Below are positions 28,633-41,161 of a stretch of 56,872 nt of DNA, one piece after another. The position numbers and the translations under genes were made by a program. Source of the DNA: Prorocentrum cordatum. Its lineage: Eukaryota. Location of the stretch: the NCBI GenBank assembly GCA_963575745.1, contig CAUYUJ010000058.1:62001-118872 (forward strand), given 5' to 3'. Position 1 is the stretch's first letter. Each line of letters begins with the position of its first letter. The notes under the pieces were generated by a model. The model worked only from the letters and a program-made list of their open reading frames with translations. It was not told where the DNA came from and searched no databases.

Positions 28633-29850
28633 CGAGAGAGCGTGATCCACCGCCGCTTTACTGTGGAAAATTGCCAGCTTTTTCCTCCGGAACCCGGGGG
28701 TCGCCCCCCCCCCCCCCCCCCCCTCCGAAAATCCCCCCCCCCTGCTGGAACCCCTCCCCCCCCCCCCCCCCTCTCCCCCGGCAAAACCCCCCCCTCCCCT
28801 AACCCCCCCTCCCCCCCCCCCCCCCCCTCCCGCTCGAAAACCGGGGGGGTCACTACCGGTTCGAACCCCTCCCCCCCCCCCCCCCCCTCTCTGGATCCGG
28901 AAAACCGGGGGGGGTCACTACCGGATCGAACCCCCCCCCCCCCCCCCCCCCCCCCCCTACTCACCGCCAGCAAACGACTCCCGGTCCCCACCACCGTCCG
29001 CATCACATCCCCCACTGGTGTTCCCAGCACCACTGTCCTCACCACCGCTGTCCCCACTGGTTCCACCACCGCCCCTACTGTCCCCACCAGTGGCCCCACC
29101 ACTGTCGCACTGTCCCCGCTGTCCCCAGAACTGTTCCCACCACGGTTCCACTCTCCCCACTGTCTCCACGGCCCCAACCACTGCCCGACTATCCCCACTG
29201 TCCCCACTGTCCCACTGACTCCTCCGCTGTCCCACTGAGCTGTCCCACTGTTCCCACCACTGTCCCCACTGTCCCCACCACTGTCCCCACTGTACCTCTG
29301 TCCCATTGTCCCACCGCCGTCCTCGCCACCGCCTTCACCACTGTCCCCACCACCATTGTACCCTCCACTGTCCCACTGTTTCCACCTCATTCCCATTGTC
29401 CCCACACCACTGTCCCCACCACCACCGTCACCACCACTGTCCACTGTCCCCCCCTGTTCCCACCATTGTCCCCACCACTGTCCCCACCACTACCGTCCCC
29501 ACCACTGTCCCACTATCCCACTGTCCCCACCACTGTCCCGCTATCCCCTCACCACTGTCCCCACCAACACCATCCCCACCACTGTCCGCACCCCCACTCG
29601 GTTTTCGAGGAGGGAGAGAGGGGGGTTCGAACCGATCGTGAACCCCCCCGGTTTCCGAGGGGGGGGGGGGGGGGAGGGGTTCGAACCGGTAGTGACCCCC
29701 CCCCCTTTTCATGATGAGCTGGGGGGGGGGGGGAGGGGTTTCGAACCGGTAGTGACCCCCCCGGTTTTCCGGAGGGGGGGGGGGGAGGTTTTCGAACCGG
29801 TAGTGACCCCCCTCGGTTTTCTGCCAGCAGCGGTAGAACACGCTCTTTCA
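28633..29850. mobile_element. Foldback/MITE element with TA flanks, inserted in a (CATA)n microsatellite
   Basis: The terminal IR GAGAGAGCGTGATCCACCGCCGCT matches the reverse complement of 29826-29849 at 20/24. There are inner inverted GGGGTCACTACCGGTTCGAAC units and a central (CCCCACTGT)-like satellite. (CATA)n continues on both sides (28508-28632, 29851-30161). Confidence 0.75.
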
Positions 29851-30120
29851 TACATACATACATGCATACATACACACATGCATACATACATACATACATA
29901 CATACATACATACATACATACATACATACATGCATGCATGCATGCATGCATGCATGCATGCATGCATACATACATACACACATACATACATACATACATA
30001 CGTACGTACGTACATACATACATACATACATACATACATACATACATACATACATACATACATACATACATACATACATACACAGACATACATACATACA
30101 TACATACATACATACATACA

Positions 30121-30156
<36 letters not shown>

Positions 30157-30834
30157 CATACGTAGCACCCCGCAATTGCGGATAAGAGTGAGGGGGCGGG
30201 CGCGGGCGACGCGGGCGTCGTCGAGCCGGCGGACCTCGTGGCCCCCACCTTCCTTGTCGATGGCGCTCTCCTCCACCTCCTCCTCCTCCTCCTCCTCTTC
30301 CTCCTCCTTCTCCTCCTCCTCTTCCTCGTCCTCATCGTCATCGTCATCCTCCTCCTCCACCTCGTCCTCCTCCTCCTCCTCTTCCTCGTCCTCCGTCTCC
30401 CCCCCTCGTCTTTTCATCATGGTCCTCCCATTGTCGTCCTCCCCCTCATCGGCCTCCATCATCGTCCTCCCATTGTCGTCCATCATCATCATCATCCCCC
30501 CCTCCTCCCCCTCCTCGTCCTCCTTCTCCCCCTCCTCCCCCTCCTCCCCCTCGTCCTCCTGCTCCTCCTCCTTTTCTTTCTCCACGTTCTCCTTACATCC
30601 TCTCTTCTTCCACGTTCTCCTCGTCCCCTGTTTACTCATCCTGCCTCCCCCTCCTTTCCCAAGATAACTGCAACGCAATCCTTTGTTCCACTTTATGCTC
30701 CCCGCCTTCTCTGATCAAGGCAACTCGCCAGGGCAAAGTTGCTGGACGGGCTGGCGTGGATGTGCGGGGCGTGAAGAGGTCCTTGCGGGCTCAGACGGCA
30801 TGCAAGAATCCGCCGCCGCGCTTGTGCGGCATTG

Positions 30835-31545
30835 GTTTGTTCAGTGAACGTGGTTTAGGTCGCGGGTGGGTCGCGGGCTCTCCACCTCCACCTGGAAGGA
30901 ATGCAAAAGCAGCCCGCCGCAAGCGCCAAAAAATTGGTTCGTACACGGAACGAGGTTTGGGTCGCGGGTGGGCCGCGGGTTCTCCACAGGGAACGAATGC
31001 AAAGGATGCCCGCCGCAGGCGCCGAAAATGTGGTTTGTACCCTGAACGTGGTCGCGGGTGGGCCGCGGGCTCTCCACCTGAAACGAATGCAAAATATGCC
31101 CGCCGCAGGCGCCGAAAAATGTGGTTTGTACCCTGAACGTGGTTTGGGTCGCGGGTTGGTCGCGAGTTGGTCACGGGATGTGTCGCGGGCTCTCCACTTG
31201 GAAGGAATGCAAAAAAGCCCGCCGCAGGCGCCGAAAATTATGGTTTGTACCTTGAACGTGGTTTGGGTCGAAGGTGGGTCGCGGGTGGGTCGCGGGGTAG
31301 GTCGCGGGTGGGTCGCGGGTGGGTCGCGGGTGGGTCGCGGGTGGGTCGCGGGTGGGTCGCGGGGTGGGCCGCGGGGGGGTTGCGGGGTGGGTCGCGGGTT
31401 GGGTCGCGGGGTGGGTCGCGGGGTGGGTCGCGGGGTGGGTCGCGGGGTGGGTCGCGGGTGGGTCGCGGGTGGGTCGCGGGTGGATCGCGGGGTGGGTCGC
31501 GGGGTGGGTCGCGGGTGGGTCGAGGGGCGGGTTGCGGGTGGGACG
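30835..31545. repeat. ~95-125 bp tandem units followed by a (GGTCGCGGGTG)n minisatellite
   Basis: Recurrent GAACGTGGTTTGGGTCGCGGG...GAATGCAAAA...CCCGCCGCAGGCGCCGAAAA. Confidence 0.85.
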
Positions 31546-32010
31546 ACGACAACAAACAACAACAACAACAAACAACAACAACAAGAATCCGCACCGCGGA
31601 ATTCCACATCAGCCACGCACCCAGGGACAGTGAATGACCGTTCGGCCCCCTCACTCTGACATACATACATGTGTGTGTGTGTGTTCCAGGACGTCGTTCG
31701 CCCAGCTTCTTCCTCACGACAGGAAAAAGGCCACCAGGGCCGCCCACCTCCGTGCGTGCAGCGCGCCGGCCTCGCAGTGCCCCGCGGCACGGCGGCGGAC
31801 GAGGGCGAGTGGCGCGACGGGGCCCCGAGCGCCCCGCCTCGCGGCGAGGGCCCGGGCGCCGCCTCCGGCGGCCGCCGCCCCGAGGTCGGGGCCTCCTAAA
31901 CCTCCTTTTGGGCTACCGCCCCGAGGTCGGGGCCTCCCACGCGGCGGCCACCGCCCCGAGGTCGGGGCCCCGAGGTCGGGGCATCCCGAGGTACGGGCCT
32001 CCCGAGGTTC

Positions 32011-32207
32011 GATGCTCGTTTTGGGGACCTTCCTGGGGCCCACCTAATGGATCTGGTCGACTCAGGCTCGACTCAGGTTCGACACAGATTCGACTCAGGT
32101 TCGACTCGGATTCGACTCAGGTGCGACTCAGGTTCTACTCAGGTTCGACGCAGCTTCGACGCACGAGTGGAGCGAGTGGCTCCAGGAAGGTCCCCAGAAT
32201 GAGCATC
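32011..32207. mobile_element. MITE with 30-bp TIRs and an internal (TCGACTCAGGT)n repeat
   Basis: GATGCTCGTTTTGGGGACCTTCCTGGGGCC matches the reverse complement of 32178-32207 at 27/30. Confidence 0.7.
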
Positions 32208-32611
32208 TAAGCTAGGTCGGGCGTGTCCCTCTGCTCGGGGGCGGCAAAGAGGGGGGTGATGACTGGGGGGGGGGGATATCATGGCGGGGGCCATGATTTT
32301 TCTCCTCAGATCTCATGGCGCCTCTTGTTGTTTTCATACGTCCCCGGCCCCCCCCCCCGTGGGCCGCGCGCATGCCGCCGGCCATGATTTGCACCCCCCC
32401 CTCTTGGACACCCCCCTCTTGGCCGCTCCCGAGTTGAGGCGGGCGTGTCCCGCCCTCTACAGGGGGATGTTCAGAAATAGTCAACAAACAGTCTGGGGAC
32501 GATTTGGTTTTACCATTTCTGGGGTATTTGGGGGGTATTGTTTGCGTATTTCTTCATTTTTCGCCCACAATTCCCCATGTAGGGGGACAGGCCCGTGCTG
32601 ATCGGCACGAA

Positions 32612-32804
32612 CGAAATGGGTACGGAAAGAATGGGTACAATACCCAGTAGCAGTTCTTGTCGTTTTTGAACAGGACTCGCCGTCGGCGTCGCCGTGGCCT
32701 GTGTCCATCTGAGGCAGAAGGCCGCCTGCCCAACCGCGGCCGCTGTTGGTTTGGGACAACAGTTGTGGTTGGGCATTGTACCCATTCTTTCCGTACCCAT
32801 TTCG
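32612..32804. mobile_element. MITE with 35-bp inverted repeats
   Basis: CGAAATGGGTACGGAAAGAATGGGTACAATACCCA matches the reverse complement of 32770-32804 at 34/35. Confidence 0.8.
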
Positions 32805-33557
32805 GGCGTCCAAAGCTGAGAAATATTTTGCTTGCCTCCAGGGTGCCCTGGGCTTCTTGGGTGCCCAAGAAGCATCTTTGCATTACCCAGAGAGCCGAGG
32901 ATCGGATTTTTTCCATCCGGCGTTTTTTTTTTTCCTGGCTTTCGGCCTCAATGTCGGGCGTGGGGACCATCAATGACGGATCTGGGACGAGATTACCCCC
33001 GCGGGAGGGATCGGGACCTCTGGGGCCGCGGTTTGAAGAAATCATACCGGCGGATGTCTGGGTACACGTGCGCCAGGTCGTCGTTCTCTTAGTCATTGTT
33101 TTGCCGATCGGCGCGGGCCTTCGCACCCCCCCTCTTCCCCCCCATGGAGTAGATCTTGGCTGTTTTTGCTTTTGGCGCCTGTTTCGAGCGGGTGGAGTCT
33201 CCCCCATAATAGACCCTTTGTTGCAAGCAGTCGCGCTAAGCAGAGGTCAGGAGCCAGACCCCTCCCCTCCCCCCCCCCCTCCACCCAATGTCGAAACGCC
33301 GAATAAGAAAACGCTCACCAGCCCCATCCCTAAGAGCACAGCCTGTGTCGAAGACGAACAAACCGGCATCAATATGAACGTTTGGCCCTCCGCGCGGATC
33401 TCTCGTGTCTGCGCCAGACGCCCCGTGGCGGGGCCTCCGGCGCCGCCCCTAGCGCGCTCCGCGCTCCGGGGAGGGGGGTCCAGCGCAGGTCCAAGAAGTC
33501 CGCGCGGACCGTCAAAAGTTTCTGTTTGCGTCGTTCGGGGGGCGACTCGGCCACTGT

Positions 33558-33700
33558 CACAGACACAATTTATCGTCGACTCCCAGGAAAATATGGGAAA
33601 AGATGGGAATTGGGCGGGAAGACAGAAACCCAGAAAATATGGAAAAATATGGGGAATCTTTTTCTTTGTGTGTATTTATTTGTGTGTCCCTAGGCCCCTT
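33558..33700. repeat. Dispersed ~140-bp repeat (second copy ~37288-37432)
   Basis: CACAGACACAATT...ATATGGGAAA...TGTGTGTATTTATTTGTGTGTC occurs at both loci. Confidence 0.8.
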
Positions 33701-34206
33701 GACACTGGGGCCCAGGCCGAGCTCGCACACATGCGCCAGCCCCAGCCCGACGGGCGCAGCCTCCGTCCCCATCTGACAGGCTCATCGGCCACTGGGGTCC
33801 AACCCAGGCCAAGCCAGTGGGAAAGGGCAGCGGTTGTGCGCCGCTCCACTGAGTGACGCGAAAAAAGACGTCGACCGCGCCGACGTGGATGAGCAAACTG
33901 CCCGCGTGAGGTCGCCGGCGACGACGGCGGCGGCGACGGCGACGGCGGCGGCGGCGGCGGCGGCGGGTACAGTCGGGGCGCTGAACAAGAAACCCTTTTC
34001 GTTGGGGAGGGGCTCCGTGTTCCTCAATTGTTTCGCAGCTTGCCTTAGGTTGTCCGTAGGTTCTGGATGGGGAATCGAAGTCCAATTTGTGGAAAAAAGG
34101 GGCCTCGTTCCTTATTTCAGAGCGTGAATTCTTTACGCTTCGCGTATCCCCACCAGCCCATCTCACAGCAGCAACTCTCGCGAAGCATGCCGACAGTCGT
34201 GTTTTT

Positions 34207-36175
34207 ACCTAACAGCGAAGACTGATAGGTTTCTAGTGGTGTCAAAAGAGAGCAGCAGATGACTCCACAGGGGGGTCTGGGCAGCCGTTGGGGAGGTGTT
34301 GGGGGGCCGTTGGGGGGCAGTTGGGGATTGCCGGGGAACGTCGTTTTTCGCAAACAGTCACACACTTCGTGCTCTTCGACCTCCCAGAACTCCATTCTTC
34401 GACCTCCCAGAACTCCATTCCCGGGCCACATTCTGAATGCCCGGAGCCAACTGTAGGCCACTTCGTGGTCTTCGAGTTCCCAGAACTCCATTCCCGGCGT
34501 ACATTTTGGATGCCCGGAGCCAACTGTAGGCCACTTCGTGGTCTTCGAGTTCCCAGAACTCCATTCCCGGGCCACATTTTGGATGCCCGGAGCCAACTGT
34601 AGGCCACTTCGTGGTCTTCGAGTTCCCAGAACTCCATTCCCGGGCCACATTTTGGATGCCCGGAGCCAACTGTAGGCCACTTCGTGCTCTTGGACTTCCC
34701 AGAACTCCATTCCTGGGTATGATTTTGAATGCCCGGAGCAAACTGTAGGCCACTTCGTGTTCTTCGAGTTCCCAGAATTCCATTCCCTGGCCACATTTTG
34801 AATGCTGAGGCAGGCTGATGCTGAGGCTGAGGCAGGCTGAGGCTGAGGTCGAGGCTGACGGCAGACTGAGGCTGAGGCTGAGGCAGGCTGAGGCTGAGGC
34901 TGAGGCAGGCTGAGGCTGAGGCTGAGGCAGGCTGATGCTGAGGCAGGCTGAGGCTGAGGCTGAGGCTGATGCAGGCTGAGGCTGAGGCAGGCTGAGGCTG
35001 AGGCCGAGGCTGAAGGCAGATTGAGGCTGAGGCTGAAGCAGGCTGAGGCTGAGGCTGAGGCAGGCTGAGGCTGAGGCTGAGGCAGGCTGATGCTGAGGCA
35101 GGCTGAGGCTGAGGCTGATGCTGATGCAGGCTGAGGCTGAGGCAGGCTGAGGCTGAGGCCGAGGCTGAAGGCAGATTGAGGCTGAGGCTGAAGCAGGCTG
35201 AGGCGGAGGCTGAGGCAGGCCCAGGCAGGCTGAGGCAGGCTGATGCTGAGGCAGGCTGAGGCTGAGGCTGATTGCAGCTTGAGCAGAGCAGGCTTGAGGA
35301 CTGAGGCCGAACTAAGGCAGATTGAGCTGAGGCGAGGCAGAGCGGCTGAGCTGCGGCTGAGGCAAGGCTGATGCTTAGGAGGCTGAGGCGAGGCTAGCTG
35401 ATGAGGCCGAGGCTGAGCAGCTGAGGCCTAGCCGAGGCCCTGAAGCAGACTGAGGCTGAGCTAAAGCAGGCTGAGGCTGAGGCTGAGGCACGGCTGAGGC
35501 TGAGGCTGAGGCAAGGCTGATGCTGCTGAGGCTGACCAGGCTGAGGCTGAGGCTGAGGCTGATGCAGGCTGAGGCTGAGGCAGGCCGCGGCCGAGGCCGA
35601 GGCTGAAGGCAGACTGAGGCTGAGGCTGAAGCAGGCTGAGGCTGAGGCTGAGGCAGGCTGAGGCTGAGGCTGAGGCTGAGGCAGGCTGAGGCTGAGGCTG
35701 AGGCTGATGCAGGCTGAGGCTGAAGCAGGCCGAGGCTGAGGCCGAGGCTGAAGGCAGACTGAGGCTGAGGCTGAAGCAGGCTGAGGCTGAGGCTGAGGCT
35801 GAGGCTGAGGCTGGCTGATGCTGAGGCAGGCTGAGGCTGAGGCTGATGCAGGCTCAGGCTGAGGCAGGCTGAGGCTGAGGCCGAGGCTGAAGGCAGACTG
35901 AGGCTGAGGCTGAAGCAGGCTGAGGCTGAGGCAGAGGCAGGCTGAGGCTGAGGCTGAGGCAGGCTGAGGCTGAGGCAGGCTGAGGCTGAGGCTGAGGCTC
36001 ATACAGGCTGAGGCTGAGGCAGGCGGAGGCTGAGGCCGAGGCTGAAGGCAGACTGAGGCTGAGGCTGAAGCAGGCTGAGGCTGAGGCTGAGGCAGGCTGA
36101 GGCTGAGGCTGAGGCAGGCTAATGCTGAGGCAGGCTGAGGCTGAGGCTGAGCTGATGCAGGCTGAGGCTGAGGCA
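34207..36175 (+). mobile_element. Second, inverted copy of the 5922-7438 element; far end lost in the gap
   Basis: TTTTT|ACCTAACAGCGAAGACTGATAGGTTTCTAGTGG, then 73-bp units (~34365-34803) and (GGCTGA/GGCA)n at 34805-36175. This is the reverse-complement layout of 6215-7438. Confidence 0.8.
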
Positions 36176-36275
36176 NNNNNNNNNNNNNNNNNNNNNNNNN
36201 NNNNNNNNNNNNNNNNNNNNNNNNNNNNNNNNNNNNNNNNNNNNNNNNNNNNNNNNNNNNNNNNNNNNNNNNNNN
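36176..36275. other. Assembly gap (100 N)
   Basis: Run of N. Confidence 1.
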
Positions 36276-38004
36276 CTCTTGGGGCCTCGTGGGGCCTCTT
36301 GGGGGCCTCTTGGGGGCCTCTTGGGAGCCTCTTGGGGCCGCTTGGGGGCCTCTGGGGGGCCTCTTGGAGGCCTCTTGGGAGCCTCCTGGGCGCCTCTTGG
36401 GGCCATCTTGGGCCTCGTGCGACCTCCTCAAAAGCGCAAATGAGAGCTGCCCCCTGAGAAGGACAAAATGATCCCAAAACCTTCGTAAAATCAATGATTT
36501 TGCTATGAGGGAAGATGAGCGCGGCCCCCTCAGAAGGCCAAAATGGGGCCAAAACCCACGTAAAATCAATGATTTCTGCTTCAAAGACGAGCAGAGGAGC
36601 CAAACTCGGCCCCCCCGTCGGGGCCAGAATCCTCGTGAGGGTCGTCGTTTTTTGGCCCTCCGAGGAGTCGAAATGGACCCCCCTGAGAACACTCGGGGCT
36701 CCCTGTCCAGGCCCAGGGGGAGGGGGTAGGGGGAGGGGTAAACCCCTCCCCGAAGGGGAAGAAGGGGGGTTGGGGGGTGGGGGGTTGAGAACAGAGAAAG
36801 CTCTCTAAACCACTCACGCCCAAAGGGCTGGTGGGATTACCTACCCCGCTTTCGCTTCCAGGCAAAACCAAGTCATACCACGCGCGGCCTCGGCAAGCGG
36901 CCTGACCAGTACAGGCCGTAAATTTGGCATCGCTTGGTATCTCTTGGAAGCGAGGGTGGTCAAAAGCGAGGCAGGCTTGTTTGCCCCCTACTGTTCAGGG
37001 CTCCTTCTCTCGGCCTCGCTCTGAGGCTCCGCCGCTTCCTCCCTCCTCTTCTCCGCCCAATTCAGGCTTCGCGCGGCCCGCTTAGCTTCGACCGGAAGAG
37101 GTGCGCTCTCGACCCGCGGATCAAACAAAAATATTGTTTGGGGCTCCTTAGGTCCACGCCCCGACGGGCTGTCCTCCTGCGGCCCCTCCTCGCTGCCCAA
37201 TTCAAGCTTCGCGCGGCCCGCTCAGCTCCGACCGGGAGAGGTGCGCTCTCGACCCGCGGATCAAACAAATATCCAGGAGGGGGAAAAACACAGACACAAT
37301 TAATTGTCGATTCCCCAGAAGATATGGGAAAGTATGGGAAGTGGGGGGGATGACGAAAAACCTAGAATATATAGGAACATACGGGGAATCCGTTTATTTG
37401 TGTGTATTTATTTGTGTGTCTCAGGGCCCCTTCAAATAGTGTAGGGTTCCTGAGGTATCTCTTGGAAGCGCGGGTGGTTAAAAGCCCCCCATTATTCAGA
37501 GTTCCTTTCTTGTTCAGAGCTCCAATTATTCTCTAGGGCTCCTATTATCATTTTGGGCTCCTCTTATTCAGGGCTCCTATTATTATTTGGGGCTCCTCTT
37601 ATTTAGGGCTCCTATTATTATTCGGGGCTCCTCAAGGTCCACGCCCCGACGGCCTGCCCTCCTGCGGCCCCCGCGGGCGCGCCGCGCGGCGAGGCGGCCG
37701 CCCCGGCGCCGGCGCCCCCGCCGCCCGCCGCGGGCGCGCCACCGCAGCCCGCCGCGGCCCGGCCGGCGGCCCGGCGGCCCCGCAGGGCGCGGCGGCGGAT
37801 AGGGCGCCGCGCCGGAGCGCCGGCGGTGGACGACGGGCTGGGCCGGAACGGCCGGACAGTGTGAAGGCTGACGCGGAACACACGGAACCCTCAGCTCGAC
37901 GTCGACGGCGATGCTTCCCCCGCGACACACGGAACAAACGGAAAACGCGACACACCAGGCAGGAGAAGAAAGGCGCGACGGCGACGGCGACGACGACGGC
38001 GACG

Positions 38005-38037
<33 letters not shown>

Positions 38038-39716
38038 GCGACGGCGGCGATGACGACGACGACGACAGTGGCGGCGGCGGCGACGACGACGACGACGGCG
38101 CCGGCTGCGGCGACGACGACGACGCTTGGCATCGCCTCGGTCGTGTGCATGTTTCCTTCGGCGAGGGCAATCGAGGAGCATCCTTGATCATTTGGCGAAA
38201 AAACCACGCACGAAACTGAAAAATATGGACGTCCGAGCGATGGCCACGACGACGACGGCGATGGCGGCGGCGGCGGTGGCGGCGGCGGCGGCGTAGGCGA
38301 TGGCGGCGACGGCGACGGCCTCCACGACGACAAGCAGCGGCACGGCGGTGTTCGGGGACAGCGACGCGGGGGGGGGATACGTAGGCATGGGGGGATGCGT
38401 CGACCTCGGATGTTTAATACATAGACGATGAGTCGACGATGCATAGTTGACATCAGGGCGATGCAAATCATGGGAGCTTTGTGTGCCCTGACAATTCCGT
38501 CTCTAGAGAACACTCGCGTCGATTGGTGTTTGGTAGTCGATGAGATAGCGCTGATTTAGCATCGACTAGCGTCGGTTAGCGCCGATGTAGGGTCGAGTTT
38601 GGCGTCTGTTAGCGTCAGCTGGCGTCGGTTAGCGCTGATTCGCAAGAGCTAACAAGCGTTACGGGAGGCTCTCATGAGTTTGCCGCAGAAGGGGGATGTA
38701 TCGACCTCGAATGGCTGATACAACGACACTGCATTGACGATTCACTGATACCCGGGCGATTCATCGCCGATGTTTCACGACGATGCGTGGGGCGGCCGGC
38801 GTCGACGATGCACCGACCATACGTGGGCGATGCGTCGGCCCTTCGAGGTCGATATGCATGTCCTCCCGTGTGCCTGCCCACCCCCTGCTCGTTGCCCCCC
38901 CGGCAAGGTGTGGAGCACCGCGGCGTGGAGGCCTGGAGCCTGGAGGAGGCCCACGGAGAAACGCTAACGGGGGGGGGGGGGGGCGCAGAAATGGGGGGCA
39001 GATCACAAATGGAGGGGCGACGACGCCCCGAGGGGCGGAAAAGTGGTTGAGGGGGGGGGGGGGGCCATGGGGGCCATGCATGGAGGGCGCGAGCCGAAAA
39101 AAGTGCGGGGGGGGGGGGCGATAGGCGATGAATAGGAGGCGGCGATTGCCTGCGAGGGAGGCGAATGAGCGGGGTGAGGGGAGGGGAGAGAGAGGTGCGT
39201 TTGTTTCGCGGACCTGACGCCTCTCACTCTCGGGGTGGGGGCCCCCGAAAAAAAAAGGGCCCCATTTGGGAGCCCTGAAGGGCCCCTTCCTCCGCAGCCC
39301 TCGCTGCCCCCCTCCTTGTCGAAGTCGCCCCCCCACTGCGCCACGCCCGAAACGCCAGGGCGGGGTGGGGGGGGGGGCGCATCGCTCCTCCGACGTCCTC
39401 GGGCGCGGCCGTCGCTCCTGGGCGGGTTTGTTCAGCCTCGCGGGGCCCTTCGGCGGCCGCGCCTCGCCGAGAGCCTCCGTCGGACGTCTTCTCGGGCGTC
39501 GCCGTCGCTGCTCGGCGGATCTCCGGCCTCGCGGTGCCCTCCAGCCGCCGCGTCTCGCCGACCGTCCCGAACGGCCGCCGGAGGCCCGAGTACTGTGGCC
39601 CGAAGGCCGCCATGCGGACTGGCTCGGGGGATCGGGATATAGCCGGCCCGGATCAGTAGGTCGACCCTGCCAAATCGAGGGAACCGTTGTGTCCTGTGTC
39701 TCGCGGCCCATGCTTT

Positions 39717-39913
39717 AGGGGAACAAAAAGTGGCATAAACATAAAAACTCGGAGGTCCGCGTGGATTTTTCGGATCGGCGCTGGGGCCCCTCGGCGGCGC
39801 CTCTGGCGCCACCCCTGGCGCGCTCCGCGCGCCAGGGAGGGGGGTCCAGCGCCGATCCGAGAAATCCGCGCGGACCTCCGAGTTTTTATGTTTATGCCAC
39901 TTTTTGTCCCCCT
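39717..39913. repeat. T-shaped palindromic element; related copies at ~17230-17400, ~17667-17765, ~33355-33537 and partial ~50587-50712
   Basis: ~68-bp near-perfect inverted arms enclose two short hairpins, GGCGCC-TCT-GGCGCC and CCCTGGCGCGC-TCC-GCGCGCCAGGG. Confidence 0.85.
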
Positions 39914-40672
39914 GTGCTTCCTTACCTTGCTATGGCAATGTGGCCCCCCGGGACCTCGGAAGGGTCTCGTGTCCTCTCGCGTGTCCTGTCCGATCAAGTC
40001 CGCCCGTACCGAACCGGAATCCGCGAGGCATCGGCCCAGGGGGGAGAAGCCCAGGGGGGATGCATCGGCCCCTTGCCCAGGAGTGCGCGGCTTCGCCCTT
40101 GGAGGCCCGTCCCTGGCCCATCGGCGAGGCATCGCCGATTCCAGGTCGGTGTTGCCCTCCCCTGGGCCAGGCCCCCATCCTCCTCCCTCCTCCTCCTCCC
40201 CTCCTCCTCCGTCCTTTTCCTCCTTCTTCCTCCTCCTCCTCCTCCTCCTCTTCCTCCTCCTCCTCCTCATCCTCCTGCCTCCTCACCCGACGACCCCTCC
40301 TACGGCAGCCCGGCCGCGCCGCTCAGAGCCGGGCTCAGGAAGCCCCCCCTCCCCAACCCGACCCGACCCGACCCTCCGCCTCCCTCCTCCTCCTCCTCCT
40401 CCTCCTCCTCCCTCCTCCTCCTTCCTCATCCTCATCCTCCCTCCTCCCTCCTTCCTCTCCTCCTCTCCCCTCCCTCCCTCCCTCCCTCCCTCCCTCCCTC
40501 CCTCCCTCCATCCCTCCCTCCCTCCCTCCTCCCCTCCCTCCCCTCCCTCCCTCCCTTCCTTCCTTCCTCCCTTCCTTCCTTCCTTCCTTCTTTCCTTCCT
40601 TCCTTCCTCCCCTGAGCCAGCCGCCTGGTCGACGGAAGCGCCCGAGCGCCCGACCTTCCTCGAACCTCAGAG

Positions 40673-40828
40673 GTGGCCGACTGGCTCTGCACCCAGGGGC
40701 TAGGCTGCCACGCTCCCGCCTTCCGGCAGAGCGGCATCACGGGCGAGCGCCTCCTCGCGCTGGGCCACGGCGAGCTGGAGACGCGCCTGCACGTGCTCCG
40801 CTACGGGACGCGCTGCCGGCTCCTGGAG
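40673..40828 (+). CDS. Probable host-gene exon encoding a SAM (sterile alpha motif) domain
   Basis: Translates as VADWLCTQGLGCHAPAFRQSGITGERLLALGHGELETRLHVLRYGTRCRLLE, matching the SAM pattern VxxWL..GL...A..F...I.G..LL.L...L...L.V...G.R.+LL. It is flanked by an AG|G acceptor and an AG|GC donor, and an upstream WSTE lies at 40626-40637. Confidence 0.7.
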
Positions 40829-40875
40829 GCCGTCGTCGTCGACCTCGTCGCCGTCGTCGTCCTCGTCGGCGTCAC

Positions 40876-40929
<54 letters not shown>

Positions 40930-41022
40930 TGTCGGCGGCGTCTTGCTCGGCGTCGTGGGCGTCGTCCTCGTCCGATTCCGAGTCCTCGTCGTCTTATTCG
41001 GCGTCCTGGACGTCGTCGTCGT

Positions 41023-41053
<31 letters not shown>

Positions 41054-41095
41054 GCCGCCGCCGCCGCGGCCACTGTCGTCGTCGTCGTCGTCGAC

Positions 41096-41161
<66 letters not shown>

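Noticed and set aside
29549..30678. MYVC/HTYI-repeat and acidic ORFs
   Set aside because: They are (CATA)n and (TCC)n translations.
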